Positions 19,073 through 28,136 of a DNA stretch of 64,000 bases are shown one piece after another (within the stretch, counting starts at the first letter, position 1; every line of letters begins with the position of its first letter). Position numbers and translations under genes: made by a program. The DNA comes from Candidatus Doudnabacteria bacterium (GTDB taxonomy: Bacteria; Patescibacteriota; Doudnabacteria; UBA920). Under the pieces are notes generated by a model. That model was not told where the DNA came from and made no database searches. It saw nothing but the letters and a program-made list of their open reading frames with translations. The DNA is taken from the NCBI GenBank assembly GCA_963768175.1, contig CAVYGQ010000001.1, positions 840,717 through 904,716 of the forward strand. Direction: 5' to 3'.

Positions 19073-19165
19073 AAATGACAAAAATGAACAAAAATTAAAA
19101 AATGACAAAAGTTATTGCAGTAGTATTTTTGTCATTTTTATTATTTATTTAATTTTTGTCATTAT
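19073..19165. repeat. AT-rich TGACAAAAAT repeat element (copy 2)
   Basis: aaatgacaaaaatgaacaaaaattaaaaaatgacaaaag...tttttgtcatttttatt. Confidence 0.75.
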
Positions 19166-19169
19166 CCCC

Positions 19170-20558
19170 TTACCATCCGAACATTTTTCCGACCTCTTCC
19201 GACGTTTCACGGCGCCGGGCGATTTTAATTTCCCCGTTTTGGGCAATTAGCTTGGCCGGGGAAGACAGCAGGCAGTGGTGCGAGGCCAGGGAGTCTTGGT
19301 AGGCTCCGGTATCTAAAAATGCGATAAACAGTTCGTCTACATCTCCAAGGCGCGGAAGCAGTATATAGCCGCCGCCGGAGGTGTATTTGTCGTCGCTGTC
19401 GCAGGAACTGCCGGCCAGCCAGACCTTCTCGAGTTTTTTGGTTGTCATATTGTTGACCGGAATTACGTGCCATTTTTGGTGGATGGCCCAAGTATCAATT
19501 AAGTCATTCATAAAGCTGCCATCTATAACGTACCATTTGTTGTTGCCTTTATTGGTCACGGTTTTTTCGGCCAAGATTTTGTAAATGGTAATTTGCGCCG
19601 GCGCCGCAACATACCTGCCCCATTCGGCAATTAGATTGGGATGTCGTATGCCCAGTTTTTCGCTGTGGTTTTTTGCCGTTTTTACTAAGGCATGAATTAA
19701 ACTTTTGGCCGAGTAAAAATGTTTTTTCTTTTCGTAAGGCACGCCCGCCCCGCCGCCAATATCCAAAGTATCCAGTCCCGGATTTTTTTCCTTCAGCTTG
19801 GCGTAAAGTTCCAGCGCGCGCTTAAGCGGTTTGGCCATGCCGTCAATTTTTTCTATCTGGCTGGAAATGTGGTAGTGCAAAACCGAGAGGTTGCGGACTT
19901 TCCCCAAATCCAAAAGTTCTTTTTCCGTAAAGCCGTAACGGTTAAATTTTTTATCCCAATGGCTGTTGACTTTAAGGTCTAAATTTACGCGCACGCCCAT
20001 CTCGCCTTTGAATTTGGACATGTGTTCCAGTTCCACATAATCTTCTATAATCGGGATAACAATTAACCCTTTGGCTTTTAGCTCGTCAATTAATTCAATA
20101 TATTTGGGGGTCTTGGGGCCGTTACAAATAACGCGGATTTTGGAATTAAATTTATCCTGCTCTATCATCCTTTTAACTAAAAACAGCTCATTAGCGCTTG
20201 CTACGTCCAGGTTGGCGCCTTCGGCTACCGCCGGCAAAACAATTTCCTTGTTTTGGTTGACCTTCATGGCGTAGTGGTAGTAAAATTTGCCGCGGTAGCC
20301 CAATACTTTAATGTAGGCGTTAAAGGTTTCAATAAGGTCGCGCACGCGGCTTTCAATAACGGTGGGAAAAACAATTTCCGTTGCCGTGCCGTATTTTTTT
20401 ACAATATCAAAAATATTGTATTGGAAGTTCCCCTCCCTTACAATCAACTCGCCGTCCGGAGAAATGTCGAACATCTGGGTGTTGTATTCTTCAATGCCCA
20501 AACGCCAGAATTTTTTAGAGTCATTCTTTTTTTTCTTTGCTCGAGCTGTTGGGGTCAT
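19170..20558 (-). CDS. speA: Biosynthetic arginine decarboxylase-like PLP (fold III) enzyme
   Basis: SpeA-like N-terminus (YNTQMFDISPDGELIVREG) and an alanine-racemase-fold decarboxylase core. The start is taken at the ATG at 20556-20558; the track start is a GTG at 20597. Confidence 0.7.
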   Translation of the reverse strand: MTPTARAKKKKNDSKKFWRLGIEEYNTQMFDISPDGELIVREGNFQYNIFDIVKKYGTATEIVFPTVIESRVRDLIETFNAYIKVLGYRGKFYYHYAMKVNQNKEIVLPAVAEGANLDVASANELFLVKRMIEQDKFNSKIRVICNGPKTPKYIELIDELKAKGLIVIPIIEDYVELEHMSKFKGEMGVRVNLDLKVNSHWDKKFNRYGFTEKELLDLGKVRNLSVLHYHISSQIEKIDGMAKPLKRALELYAKLKEKNPGLDTLDIGGGAGVPYEKKKHFYSAKSLIHALVKTAKNHSEKLGIRHPNLIAEWGRYVAAPAQITIYKILAEKTVTNKGNNKWYVIDGSFMNDLIDTWAIHQKWHVIPVNNMTTKKLEKVWLAGSSCDSDDKYTSGGGYILLPRLGDVDELFIAFLDTGAYQDSLASHHCLLSSPAKLIAQNGEIKIARRRETSEEVGKMFGW

Positions 20559-20577
20559 ACGTGCGATTAGGTTGGAA

Positions 20578-20680
20578 GAGGACTGTCCTCTGGCCACAAT
20601 TAATATCGTTTAATAAATAATAGCTTGGTATTTATAGATCATTTTCTAAAATTATCAGTCTCTGCCAGAGGACAGTCCTC
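20578..20680. promoter_or_regulatory. Pair of near-identical 13-bp palindromes (GAGGACTGTCCTC and GAGGACAGTCCTC) about 90 bp apart, upstream of speA
   Basis: Seen directly at 20578-20590 and 20668-20680. Confidence 0.5.
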
Positions 20681-20688
20681 GTCATCAA

Positions 20689-21867
20689 TTATTGGTTAAT
20701 GTGTACTACCTTGGCCACCGGGAAGCCATTAAAGTCGGTGGCCGAGGCTAAAGTATAGGCGCCAATGTTTTCCGCGTAAAGCAAATCGTCAATCTGTAAA
20801 TCCTCCGGCAGTTCGTCTGCCAAGGAAATCGTATCAAACGCATCGCAGGTCGGACCGAAAGTTGCGCAAACTTTCAAATCGCCGTCCTTAAAAGAATGAA
20901 GCGGGTAATGCTGGTGGTCGTAAACCTGGCCGGAGAAAGTATGGTACACGCCGTCATCTAGATAATAACAGGTCTTGCCATCACGGATAGATTTGCCGAT
21001 AATTTTGGTAATCAAAGTGCAGGCCGTGGCAACCATAAATCGTCCGGGTTCGGCAATAACTTGAATATTGTCTTTTCCAAACAAGCGCTTTATTTCCGAA
21101 TTCAGTTTTTTGGCAAGTATGGTAAAAGATTTGGCGTCAGAGTCGTATTTTACCGGAAAGCCGCCGCCGATGTCCAAAACCTTTTTTCTCTTTTTCTCTT
21201 TGTCTAGAAAACCGATTTCAAACCCGCGCAGTTGCGCTTCTTTAAAAATTGAAGAGCAGATTTGCAAGGCTTGAATGTAATTGTCAAAATTATTGCATTG
21301 GCTGCCGACGTGGAAACTGATGCCTTCCACGCCTAGACCTAAATTAATGGCTTCCGCAATCAAATCCACCGCTTCGCCCGGATGCGCGCCGAATTTGGAA
21401 GACAGCTCTACCATGCTTCCGGTATTGGGGACGCGTATTCTTAATATTAAACCGACATCGGGGGCATGCTGTTTGATTTTTTTCAGCTCCTCTATGTTGT
21501 CAAAGGTTACCAAAATTTTATAAGGGTTAAGTTTGGTCAAAACTTTAGCCGGCTTAATGGTATTGGCATAGATTATTTTGTCCCAAATAAAATCCTGTCG
21601 CTCTTTTTCCGGCCAGTCTTCAATGTGCTTATAAACCAATTTGAATTCAAAAATGGAGGCCACGTCAAAGCTTGAGCCCATATTGAACATGGTCTTGATA
21701 ATCTCCGGATTGGAGTTGGCTTTAACTGCGAAATATAGTTGCACGTCCGGCAGTTTTTCTCTAAATTCTTTAAAATTTTGCTTTAAGATTTCGTGGTCAA
21801 CCACGAACAACGGGGTACCATTTTTAGCTGCCAATTCTAGCAAAAGTTTTTTGCGTTCTTGGGTCAT
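20689..21867 (-). CDS. Fold-III PLP decarboxylase (ornithine/lysine/carboxy(nor)spermidine decarboxylase family)
   Basis: A lysine in YFAVKAN for the PLP Schiff base, a GGGFPV motif and 392 aa. Confidence 0.7.
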   Translation of the reverse strand: MTQERKKLLLELAAKNGTPLFVVDHEILKQNFKEFREKLPDVQLYFAVKANSNPEIIKTMFNMGSSFDVASIFEFKLVYKHIEDWPEKERQDFIWDKIIYANTIKPAKVLTKLNPYKILVTFDNIEELKKIKQHAPDVGLILRIRVPNTGSMVELSSKFGAHPGEAVDLIAEAINLGLGVEGISFHVGSQCNNFDNYIQALQICSSIFKEAQLRGFEIGFLDKEKKRKKVLDIGGGFPVKYDSDAKSFTILAKKLNSEIKRLFGKDNIQVIAEPGRFMVATACTLITKIIGKSIRDGKTCYYLDDGVYHTFSGQVYDHQHYPLHSFKDGDLKVCATFGPTCDAFDTISLADELPEDLQIDDLLYAENIGAYTLASATDFNGFPVAKVVHINQ

Positions 21868-21904
21868 TAGAAAGTTAATAACACTTTTAATTATTCACGC
21901 TTTC

Positions 21905-22459
21905 TTAGAGTATCTGATGATTTTTTGACAAACTTAAACCATGCGATAACAACCAGGCCTCAACCTCTTTAGCTATTTTTTCGCTCATCCAATAACCCCT
22001 GGAAAGAGCAGCAATATCGGTTTTGGTAAGATCTTCAATAGTTTGAATGTTTGATCGTTTTGCCGTGGTATAAAAAGAGTTCGTGGCTCTAGTTCTTGAA
22101 AGCTTAATTATTGTCACTGGTTGTTTTAACAATTCTTGCTTAATATGTATCTCATTTTCTGCTATACGTTCTGCTTCCTTGTCTAATAAAGGTTTAAGTT
22201 TCCTAATCTCCGGATTAGTTTTTTCGTTTCGAGAAAGATCGCGAATAGGTTTTTCAATTTCAGCCATGGTTTCAGCTGTAATTGGATCTTCCACTTGGTT
22301 TATTCTTCTCTCTATTTCTTCGGAGCGGCGTTGAGTATTTTCAGGATTCACGAAATACCCTTTCTTATTATCATTCCCGCGAAAGCGGAAATTAGATTCC
22401 CGATCAGCTTTGGAATGACATAATGATAATAAATTATGGAATAAACCTAAAATTCTCAA
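21905..22459 (-). CDS. Hypothetical protein whose C-terminus resembles an RNA polymerase alpha-CTD-like HhH domain
   Basis: The C-terminal segment NIQTIEDLTKTDIAALSRGYWMSEKIAKEVEAWLLSHGLSL resembles an alpha-CTD. Confidence 0.4.
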   Translation of the reverse strand: MRILGLFHNLLSLCHSKADRESNFRFRGNDNKKGYFVNPENTQRRSEEIERRINQVEDPITAETMAEIEKPIRDLSRNEKTNPEIRKLKPLLDKEAERIAENEIHIKQELLKQPVTIIKLSRTRATNSFYTTAKRSNIQTIEDLTKTDIAALSRGYWMSEKIAKEVEAWLLSHGLSLSKNHQIL

Positions 22460-23924
22460 ACTGCCAAACGTCCGCGGCCGGTTTGCTGGCCGGGTTTTCT
22501 TTGAAGTAGATTTTACGATTCTTTAGGGGCGTCCAGTCAGACGGCGTGGAAATAAAGTCGCCGAGATAAGGTTTTGCAATATCCAGCACAAAATCGTGCG
22601 GCAAGTCGTCAGGCAGGCAAATACCTTTTTTCGGATTTTCAAACATCCATAGTACGGCGGCAATTACGCCTAGCGCGACCTGTAAAGTGGTGGCATTTTG
22701 GCCAGGTGCCAGCCTCCGGGCTTCCTGTATGCTTAAATCGCTCCCTGTCCACCAAGAATTATACCGATGCCCCATCAGTAGCGCGCCTAAAATGTCCGCC
22801 CCGGAAGTAATCTCATCTTCCAAAATTCTTATCTTGGACTGCATTTCGTAATTCCTGCCGCGAAGTTCGCATAAAGAAGATAGTGTTTCGTGGCACGGCA
22901 TATACGCGTAATGCACTGTCGGGCGGTAAACTGCCCTATCTCCATCCCAAACTGTTAACCTGTCGGATAACCCAAATGCTTCGCCGTGGCGAATGACCAT
23001 GCCCACAATTTCTTCGTTGGGAATCCATGACCTTACCCAGGTATTAATTCCCATTTGGGAGAGCATAATCTGATTTTTTGGCCCGTAAGGCGGAATATTA
23101 GCCAAGTCCGGTAGCCTTTGTTCGTGTGTGCCCCAACCCATCTCGGCCGGCGCGGTTCCTTCTTCCCGCAAGCCTTCCACGCTCCAGGTTCCTACAAATT
23201 CATCAACTTCTTTTGGGCGATTGGTAATTTGCGTGTCGCGCTCGCTGCAGTGGATTACTTTGATTCCCAATTTTTGTCCGAGCAAATTGAATTTGAGGTT
23301 TTTAATATAATTTTCCAGTTCTTCCCTGTCTTTGCCAGCCACTTTTTTATCTGCGATTGTTTTATTGCCGATATCAATCAATCCTTGTTTGACAAAATGG
23401 GAGATCAAACCGGGGTTTGCGCCATGGTCCACGACTGCCGTAGTGGCGTCTTTCCAGTCTTTGGACATGTCGTGCAGTTTCATTTGGCGCCAGTAAAGCG
23501 ATTTTTCAAATGGGCTGTCAGTAAATAATCCCTTAATGGAATCCCAGATTTCAACCGAAGTATTTACATACAAAACATTATGGTCGTGGCACCAGCCGAT
23601 AATATCATTAGCACCAATATTCCATGCCAAATCTATAATCAGGCCGCCCTTGTCTGTGTATTTGGCCAACTCCGGGCCTAGGTTTTCCGGCGTAATCCTG
23701 TTGCGTACAAATTTGATGCCCTTGTCCGTGAATTTTTTTAAAGCCGCTGCTTTGTCTTCAAAATCCATTACCGTGACGTTTTTTGGGTCAACCTCAATTT
23801 TTTCCAGCAGAATCGGCAGGGTGCACTGCGACACCGCGCCATAACCGATAATCAAAATTTTGCGGTCAAACTTTTTTTTTCCGCCGGAGGCGGATCCGCC
23901 TTTAGCGGACATACGTTTTTCCAT
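22434..23924 (-). CDS. hss: Homospermidine synthase / saccharopine-dehydrogenase-family enzyme
   Basis: NAD-binding N-terminus (ILIIGYGAVSQCTLPILLEK) and 496 aa. An in-frame AKGGSASGG cassette sits near the N-terminus. Confidence 0.55.
   Translation of the reverse strand: MEKRMSAKGGSASGGKKKFDRKILIIGYGAVSQCTLPILLEKIEVDPKNVTVMDFEDKAAALKKFTDKGIKFVRNRITPENLGPELAKYTDKGGLIIDLAWNIGANDIIGWCHDHNVLYVNTSVEIWDSIKGLFTDSPFEKSLYWRQMKLHDMSKDWKDATTAVVDHGANPGLISHFVKQGLIDIGNKTIADKKVAGKDREELENYIKNLKFNLLGQKLGIKVIHCSERDTQITNRPKEVDEFVGTWSVEGLREEGTAPAEMGWGTHEQRLPDLANIPPYGPKNQIMLSQMGINTWVRSWIPNEEIVGMVIRHGEAFGLSDRLTVWDGDRAVYRPTVHYAYMPCHETLSSLCELRGRNYEMQSKIRILEDEITSGADILGALLMGHRYNSWWTGSDLSIQEARRLAPGQNATTLQVALGVIAAVLWMFENPKKGICLPDDLPHDFVLDIAKPYLGDFISTPSDWTPLKNRKIYFKENPASKPAADVWQFENFRFIP
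23880..23903. repeat. 24-nt palindromic cassette AAAGGCGGATCCGCCTCCGGCGGA (in minus orientation) in frame in hss
   Basis: Identical 24-mers occur at 44773-44796 (murA) and 53990-54013 (murF). Each encodes KGGSASGG. Confidence 0.85.
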
Positions 23925-24167
23925 ATTAAACTTAGATTTAGGGGTAAAAAATAAAAAGACAAACCCTTTTTGAGAATTTGCCTATAATGAACTAAGCCAT
24001 TGGATTGACTTGCAGGTTTCAGATGCGTTAGCCGTGCGAATGTCTTTTCTGTTCACCTCTCTATAAAATATTAAATATTACACCTAATTTAACATCTGCA
24101 GCCGGGTTTGTCAAATCTTGATTTAAAAGCCGATTTCAAGTAAAATAAAAAAGCTATTTACTGATTT

Positions 24168-24244
24168 GGCGCAGTGGTGAAGTAGTCCAACACGGCGGTC
24201 TGCAAAACCGCTATCCATGGGTGCAAATCCCATCTGCGCCTCCA
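24168..24244 (+). tRNA. tRNA-Cys (anticodon GCA)
   Basis: Acceptor GGCGCAG/CTGCGCC, anticodon arm GCGGT-CTGCAAA-ACCGC, CCA encoded. Confidence 0.7.
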
Positions 24245-24247
24245 CTT

Positions 24248-24359
24248 CTTCGCTAAAGCTACGAAGTGCGAGCAACTTAGTTGGTATGCTCATTTTAATA
24301 GTTAACTGTAAATTTTAGAAGCGAAGAAGTGCCCTACGTAGCCTTGGCGAAGTAGGGCA
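24248..24359. repeat. Inverted repeat CTTCTTCGC/GCGAAGAAG plus hairpin GCCCTAC-GTAGCCTTGGCGAAG-TAGGGC (conserved-loop REP-like motif)
   Basis: Loop motif CGTAGC(C/T)TT(G/A)GCGAAG occurs 5 times in the window: at 24248, 24338, 35448, 51493 and 61948. Confidence 0.7.
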
Positions 24360-24388
24360 GAAAACGGCTATATTCGGTGTCCTTATGT

Positions 24389-24473
24389 GCCCGGGTGGCG
24401 TAATTGGCAGCCGCGCTTGACTTAAGATCAAGTGCCGAAAGGCGTGCGGGTTCGAGTCCCGCCCTGGGCACCA
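24389..24473 (+). tRNA. tRNA-Leu (anticodon TAA)
   Basis: Anticodon arm CTTGA-CTTAAGA-TCAAG, a long variable arm, CCA encoded. Confidence 0.8.
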
Positions 24474-24518
24474 CGAACAAATTAAAACCCTCCCTGTGCA
24501 GGGAGGGTTTTATGGTTA

Positions 24519-25205
24519 TTATTGCGCGATTGTCGCCAATTCCCGGTCAGATTGTTGGGTAATGGCGCTGGCCCTGGCTATTTCTGTCCTTTCCATGTTG
24601 GAGAAGTTTTCAAGCTCTTGGAGCTGGGCAAACATTTTTTTGGAGCCGACTTTCCAGTTATAGCTATAAGGCTGGACATAAACGCCATCCATTTTATCCA
24701 AGGTCCAACCATTATAACGGGTTGCCAACACGCTGCTCATATCATCAATCCACTCGCTATAGTTATTATATTTTTTTAGGTATTCCTGACCTCCGATGCC
24801 GCTGCAGTTATAGTAATAACTGTGAGCACACATGTTGCTTTCCACAAAACTTATAGCTACAACGGTTTTCCAGTTATCGTGACTGAGTAGTTGGCTGGCA
24901 AAACCTTGGAGAGGCGAATTATTATCTTGCAGGAAAGCCTGCAAGTTAACCGTTAAAGGGTCTGTAGTCTGGATATCGTTTAAAGTTATGGAATTTTGGC
25001 TGATATTTTGTTTTGGAGCGGAACCAAGCAAACTTGGGTCCGAGATGTTGATTTCAAAAACTTGAGCTGTTGATTGCCCTGAAGCCTGTAGCGCGGCGGC
25101 TGATGCTAACTGCGGTTGTAACAACGGGGTTAGCAAGACCAAAGCAATAATGCCGACAAAAGAGCTTTGATCTATGGCAGACTTGAGAGTTAAAAGAGCT
25201 TTCAT
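24519..25205 (-). CDS. Secreted hypothetical protein with a signal peptide (228 aa)
   Basis: N-terminal hydrophobic signal, then a Gln/Ser-rich linker, then a Cys-containing globular domain. Confidence 0.5.
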   Translation of the reverse strand: MKALLTLKSAIDQSSFVGIIALVLLTPLLQPQLASAAALQASGQSTAQVFEINISDPSLLGSAPKQNISQNSITLNDIQTTDPLTVNLQAFLQDNNSPLQGFASQLLSHDNWKTVVAISFVESNMCAHSYYYNCSGIGGQEYLKKYNNYSEWIDDMSSVLATRYNGWTLDKMDGVYVQPYSYNWKVGSKKMFAQLQELENFSNMERTEIARASAITQQSDRELATIAQ

Positions 25206-25616
25206 TCTTTAAATCAAACTCCTTTCTCCCCTGTCCCGATTCGCCATCTGGCGGACTATCGAGAAAGTACATTATGTTAAAGTGCGACTGTTGGACCCGT
25301 TCCTGTCCGCCAGTTGGCGGATTAAGGAACGTCAGCCGTCCCGCCAAAGCCTAGAAGGCCTTTTTGGGATACACGCTTACTTTTACCCTGTTAAATGCCG
25401 TTTTACGGCTTCTGCCTAAAAGGAAGAAATTTAACTGGGTAAACAAAAAAGTGCTAAAAAGCACCTTTACTATTTAATTATACTCTTTAAGGAGACCTTT
25501 TTCAAGGTCTTTTAGCCATTTTATCGCTCAAATAAGACAAAAAACATTATATTACTGGCAAAATAGGCAATAAAAAACCCCTTGTTTAAAAGAGATTTTT
25601 TATAAAAATTTTAGTT

Positions 25617-26510
25617 TTAAGGCCTGGTCGCCTTGCAATATTTATAAACCTGATAGCCGTAAACGGTAACTAAAGGGGTCCAAACAAGCGAAAAAATATT
25701 GCCTATCCACGAAAGATTATTATATTTTATGCCTGTTAGTGAGCCAAAAATTGCTAAAATAATCATCAAACCAATATAAATGCCAAAAGTTATAATACCA
25801 ACATAAAACAGCTTGCCAAAAATTTGGCTGATTCTTCCTTTTACGTAATATTTGCTTCTTTTTAGCGCGGCGGTGTTGTTTAGGCCTTCTTCTATGACTA
25901 TATATGGCGACTGGCTGAACCATAAAGCAAAAATTATGCCCGGTATTATAAATAAAATCATCCCTCCTAATACCGCCAAGCCGTTAAGCAGGCCGGTAAA
26001 AAAGAATGGGTTTATTTTAGGGCGAGACCTTTTAAAAGACTCTTTCCAGCCAATACCTTCCGTTTGGTCTTTTATGGCGTATAGCTGTGCCACGGTCGCC
26101 CAAACATAAAGATAAATAAAGAAGATAACGGCGATCGCGGCTAAAATTATTCCAACAATGGCCAAGACCTGGATACTGCCGGGGCTTTGTTTAAGAAGTC
26201 CTCCCGTGATGGCGGCTATTAGGGCTCCCAAAAGTATAAATAGCAAGTAACATGTTGCGGGTATTAATATAATAGTGATTAAGGTTTTAAAACGGTTTTT
26301 GTAAATTGCCCAAGACTCCTTTAGGATTTGTTTGGATTTGGGGAGTTCGGCGGCAACCGGCAAGGGTGCGCCGGAAGTCATACCGGCAAAAGCCTGTTCC
26401 ACATCTTGCGCTCGCCAGCCCTTAGCAAGCAAGGCCGTGGTAATTTCTTCTTTATTTTTGCCGGTTTGCGTTTGTTGTTTTATATAATCCAAGAGTTGTT
26501 GGGTAACCAT
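25617..26510 (-). CDS. Polytopic membrane protein, hypothetical
   Basis: A soluble N-terminal domain of about 60 aa followed by about 6 TM helices. Confidence 0.5.
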   Translation of the reverse strand: MVTQQLLDYIKQQTQTGKNKEEITTALLAKGWRAQDVEQAFAGMTSGAPLPVAAELPKSKQILKESWAIYKNRFKTLITIILIPATCYLLFILLGALIAAITGGLLKQSPGSIQVLAIVGIILAAIAVIFFIYLYVWATVAQLYAIKDQTEGIGWKESFKRSRPKINPFFFTGLLNGLAVLGGMILFIIPGIIFALWFSQSPYIVIEEGLNNTAALKRSKYYVKGRISQIFGKLFYVGIITFGIYIGLMIILAIFGSLTGIKYNNLSWIGNIFSLVWTPLVTVYGYQVYKYCKATRP

Positions 26511-26621
26511 AGGTTTTTGTTTGATTATTTATTCTACTTATAGTTTAACCTAGAATCTAATAAACGCAAATTTAAAAGTCTGATGCTAACAAAAAACACC
26601 ATCTTACAATGATGTCTTTTG

Positions 26622-26695
26622 TGGAGCGGCTAACGGGAATCGGACCCGTCCCCCAACCTTGGCAAGGTCGCGTACTACCACTATACTATAGCCGC
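26622..26695 (-). tRNA. tRNA-Gly (anticodon GCC)
   Basis: The reverse complement folds as GCGGCTA..CGACC-TTGCCAA-GGTTG..TAGCCGC-T-CCA. Confidence 0.8.
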
Positions 26696-26720
26696 GTAAA
26701 ATTATTATATCAGATTTTTT

Positions 26721-26796
26721 TGGTGCCGGGCCCCAGAGTTCGAACTGGGCACGCCTGCCTCTTCAGGGCAGCGCTCTACCGATGAGCTAGCCCGGC
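26721..26796 (-). tRNA. tRNA-Phe (anticodon GAA)
   Basis: The reverse complement is GCCGGGCTAGCTCA...CTGCC-CTGAAGA-GGCAG...CCGGCACCA. Confidence 0.85.
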
Positions 26797-26938
26797 GTAA
26801 TAAATTTGTACTGTTTCTTAACTCGTCGTCTAACTCCTCGCTCGAGACACTCGCCTCGCTTTAACGTTCGTGGTTGCTTGAGGCCGTTCTACGGCCGAAA
26901 CCACGAGCGAGCTTTGACGTTAGTCAAAACGAGTTGAG

Positions 26939-27014
26939 TGGTGGGCAATGTAGGGATTGAACCTACGACCCCTTCCGTGTAAAGGAAGTGCTCTACCACT
27001 GAGCTAATTGCCCC
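26939..27014 (-). tRNA. tRNA-Val (anticodon TAC)
   Basis: The reverse complement is GGGGCAATTAGCTCAGTGGTAGAGC..CTTCC-TTTACAC-GGAAG..CCCACCA. Confidence 0.85.
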
Positions 27015-27061
27015 TTAAGTTTGAATATTGTATCAAGATTCGGCCGTTTTGGCAAGAGAAC

Positions 27062-27364
27062 TTAAATAAATTTTGGCCCCAACCTTAAGATATTTTCAAA
27101 ATTGTCTTCCGGAGCTATTTTGTTTTTCTTTTTTTGGCCGCACTTTTGGCATTGGTGGACTAAAATGTAATCGCCGGATTTTATTTCTACAGCTACGGGC
27201 TTCATCATCCCCCCACAGGCTTCGGCGCGATCCCCCGGATTAACATCTATATGTTTGCTCCACAGGCAATTCGGGCAGTGGTTGGTATAACCCGTGCCTT
27301 TTATCTTTGCGCCGCAATGCTCGCAGACAAAATCTTCAATTGTCCTGGTGAATTTTTTGGACAT
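27062..27364 (-). CDS. RNHCP domain zinc-binding protein
   Basis: CEHCG...TNHCPNCL...CQKCG motifs. Confidence 0.65.
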   Translation of the reverse strand: MSKKFTRTIEDFVCEHCGAKIKGTGYTNHCPNCLWSKHIDVNPGDRAEACGGMMKPVAVEIKSGDYILVHQCQKCGQKKKNKIAPEDNFENILRLGPKFI

Positions 27365-27496
27365 AATAGGCTAATTATAGCTTAAAATAAATCAAGGGGC
27401 ACGTCATCAATCCTTTCGGACGAATCAGTGTCCCCTTGGGTTGTTTTGGCCTTTTAGCGGTTCCTCCTCGTGCCGCTTTTAAGCCGGTGGTGTTGT

Positions 27497-28132
27497 TCAG
27501 GCCGTTGGGAACAAGTAGGCCAAGATCTCATCGTGGGTAGCTTGGCCAATCTTCCCTGCCGACAGGTATAGTCCTAGCAGTTCTGATATCCGCCAAGCTA
27601 CGTAGCCTTTATAGTTCGCATTGGCGAGCTCGGCCATGCCGCCCTGCTCCCGGTCCACGAGCATGAAGATACCCGCGACATGGAGACGTTCGGCTTCTAA
27701 CACCTTAATGGACGCCAGTTTGGAATCCGCTTTGGTGATCAGGTCATCGAAGAGAGCCACGCGCTGGCCAGGCTGGTAAGCGCCGTCAATGTTGGCGCCA
27801 GAGCCGTGTGTCTTCATCTCTCGTGGAGTGATCATTGGTATCGTGGTAAAACTGGAGATTAGCGTAACCAGCGGAGTGGCGGCGGTCGGTACGTCGGCAA
27901 CCAAGTCACAGGTCACGCCTTCCATCATTTCTGTTAGGAGCCATGCGGTGTCCACCAGCAGCGTTGGAAACGAGCGGAGCAGGCGGAAGTTCAGGTAGAA
28001 TGGTGAGAGCGGGGCGTCGGGGTTTTTTTCGTGTAACTTGAGACGAAACCCTTTGCCTTGAGGCGACCTGGACTTGTCCAGGAAGATGCCGGCGTCAAAC
28101 CACGCCAGCGCGAGAGTTTCTTTGTCGATCAT
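27497..28132 (-). CDS. pyrE: Orotate phosphoribosyltransferase, second copy, GC-rich (xenolog)
   Basis: PRTase motif VALFDDLITKADS and FRLKLHEKNPDAPLSPFYLNFR. The start is taken at the internal MIDKE, because the upstream part overlaps pyrF. Confidence 0.7.
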   Translation of the reverse strand: MIDKETLALAWFDAGIFLDKSRSPQGKGFRLKLHEKNPDAPLSPFYLNFRLLRSFPTLLVDTAWLLTEMMEGVTCDLVADVPTAATPLVTLISSFTTIPMITPREMKTHGSGANIDGAYQPGQRVALFDDLITKADSKLASIKVLEAERLHVAGIFMLVDREQGGMAELANANYKGYVAWRISELLGLYLSAGKIGQATHDEILAYLFPTA

Positions 28133-28136
28133 GGTG

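Noticed and set aside
18888-19091. A 67-aa ORF between the DUF378 gene and the AT-rich repeat.
   Set aside because: It has no SD or start context and overlaps the repeat element. The region is more likely a leader or intergenic.
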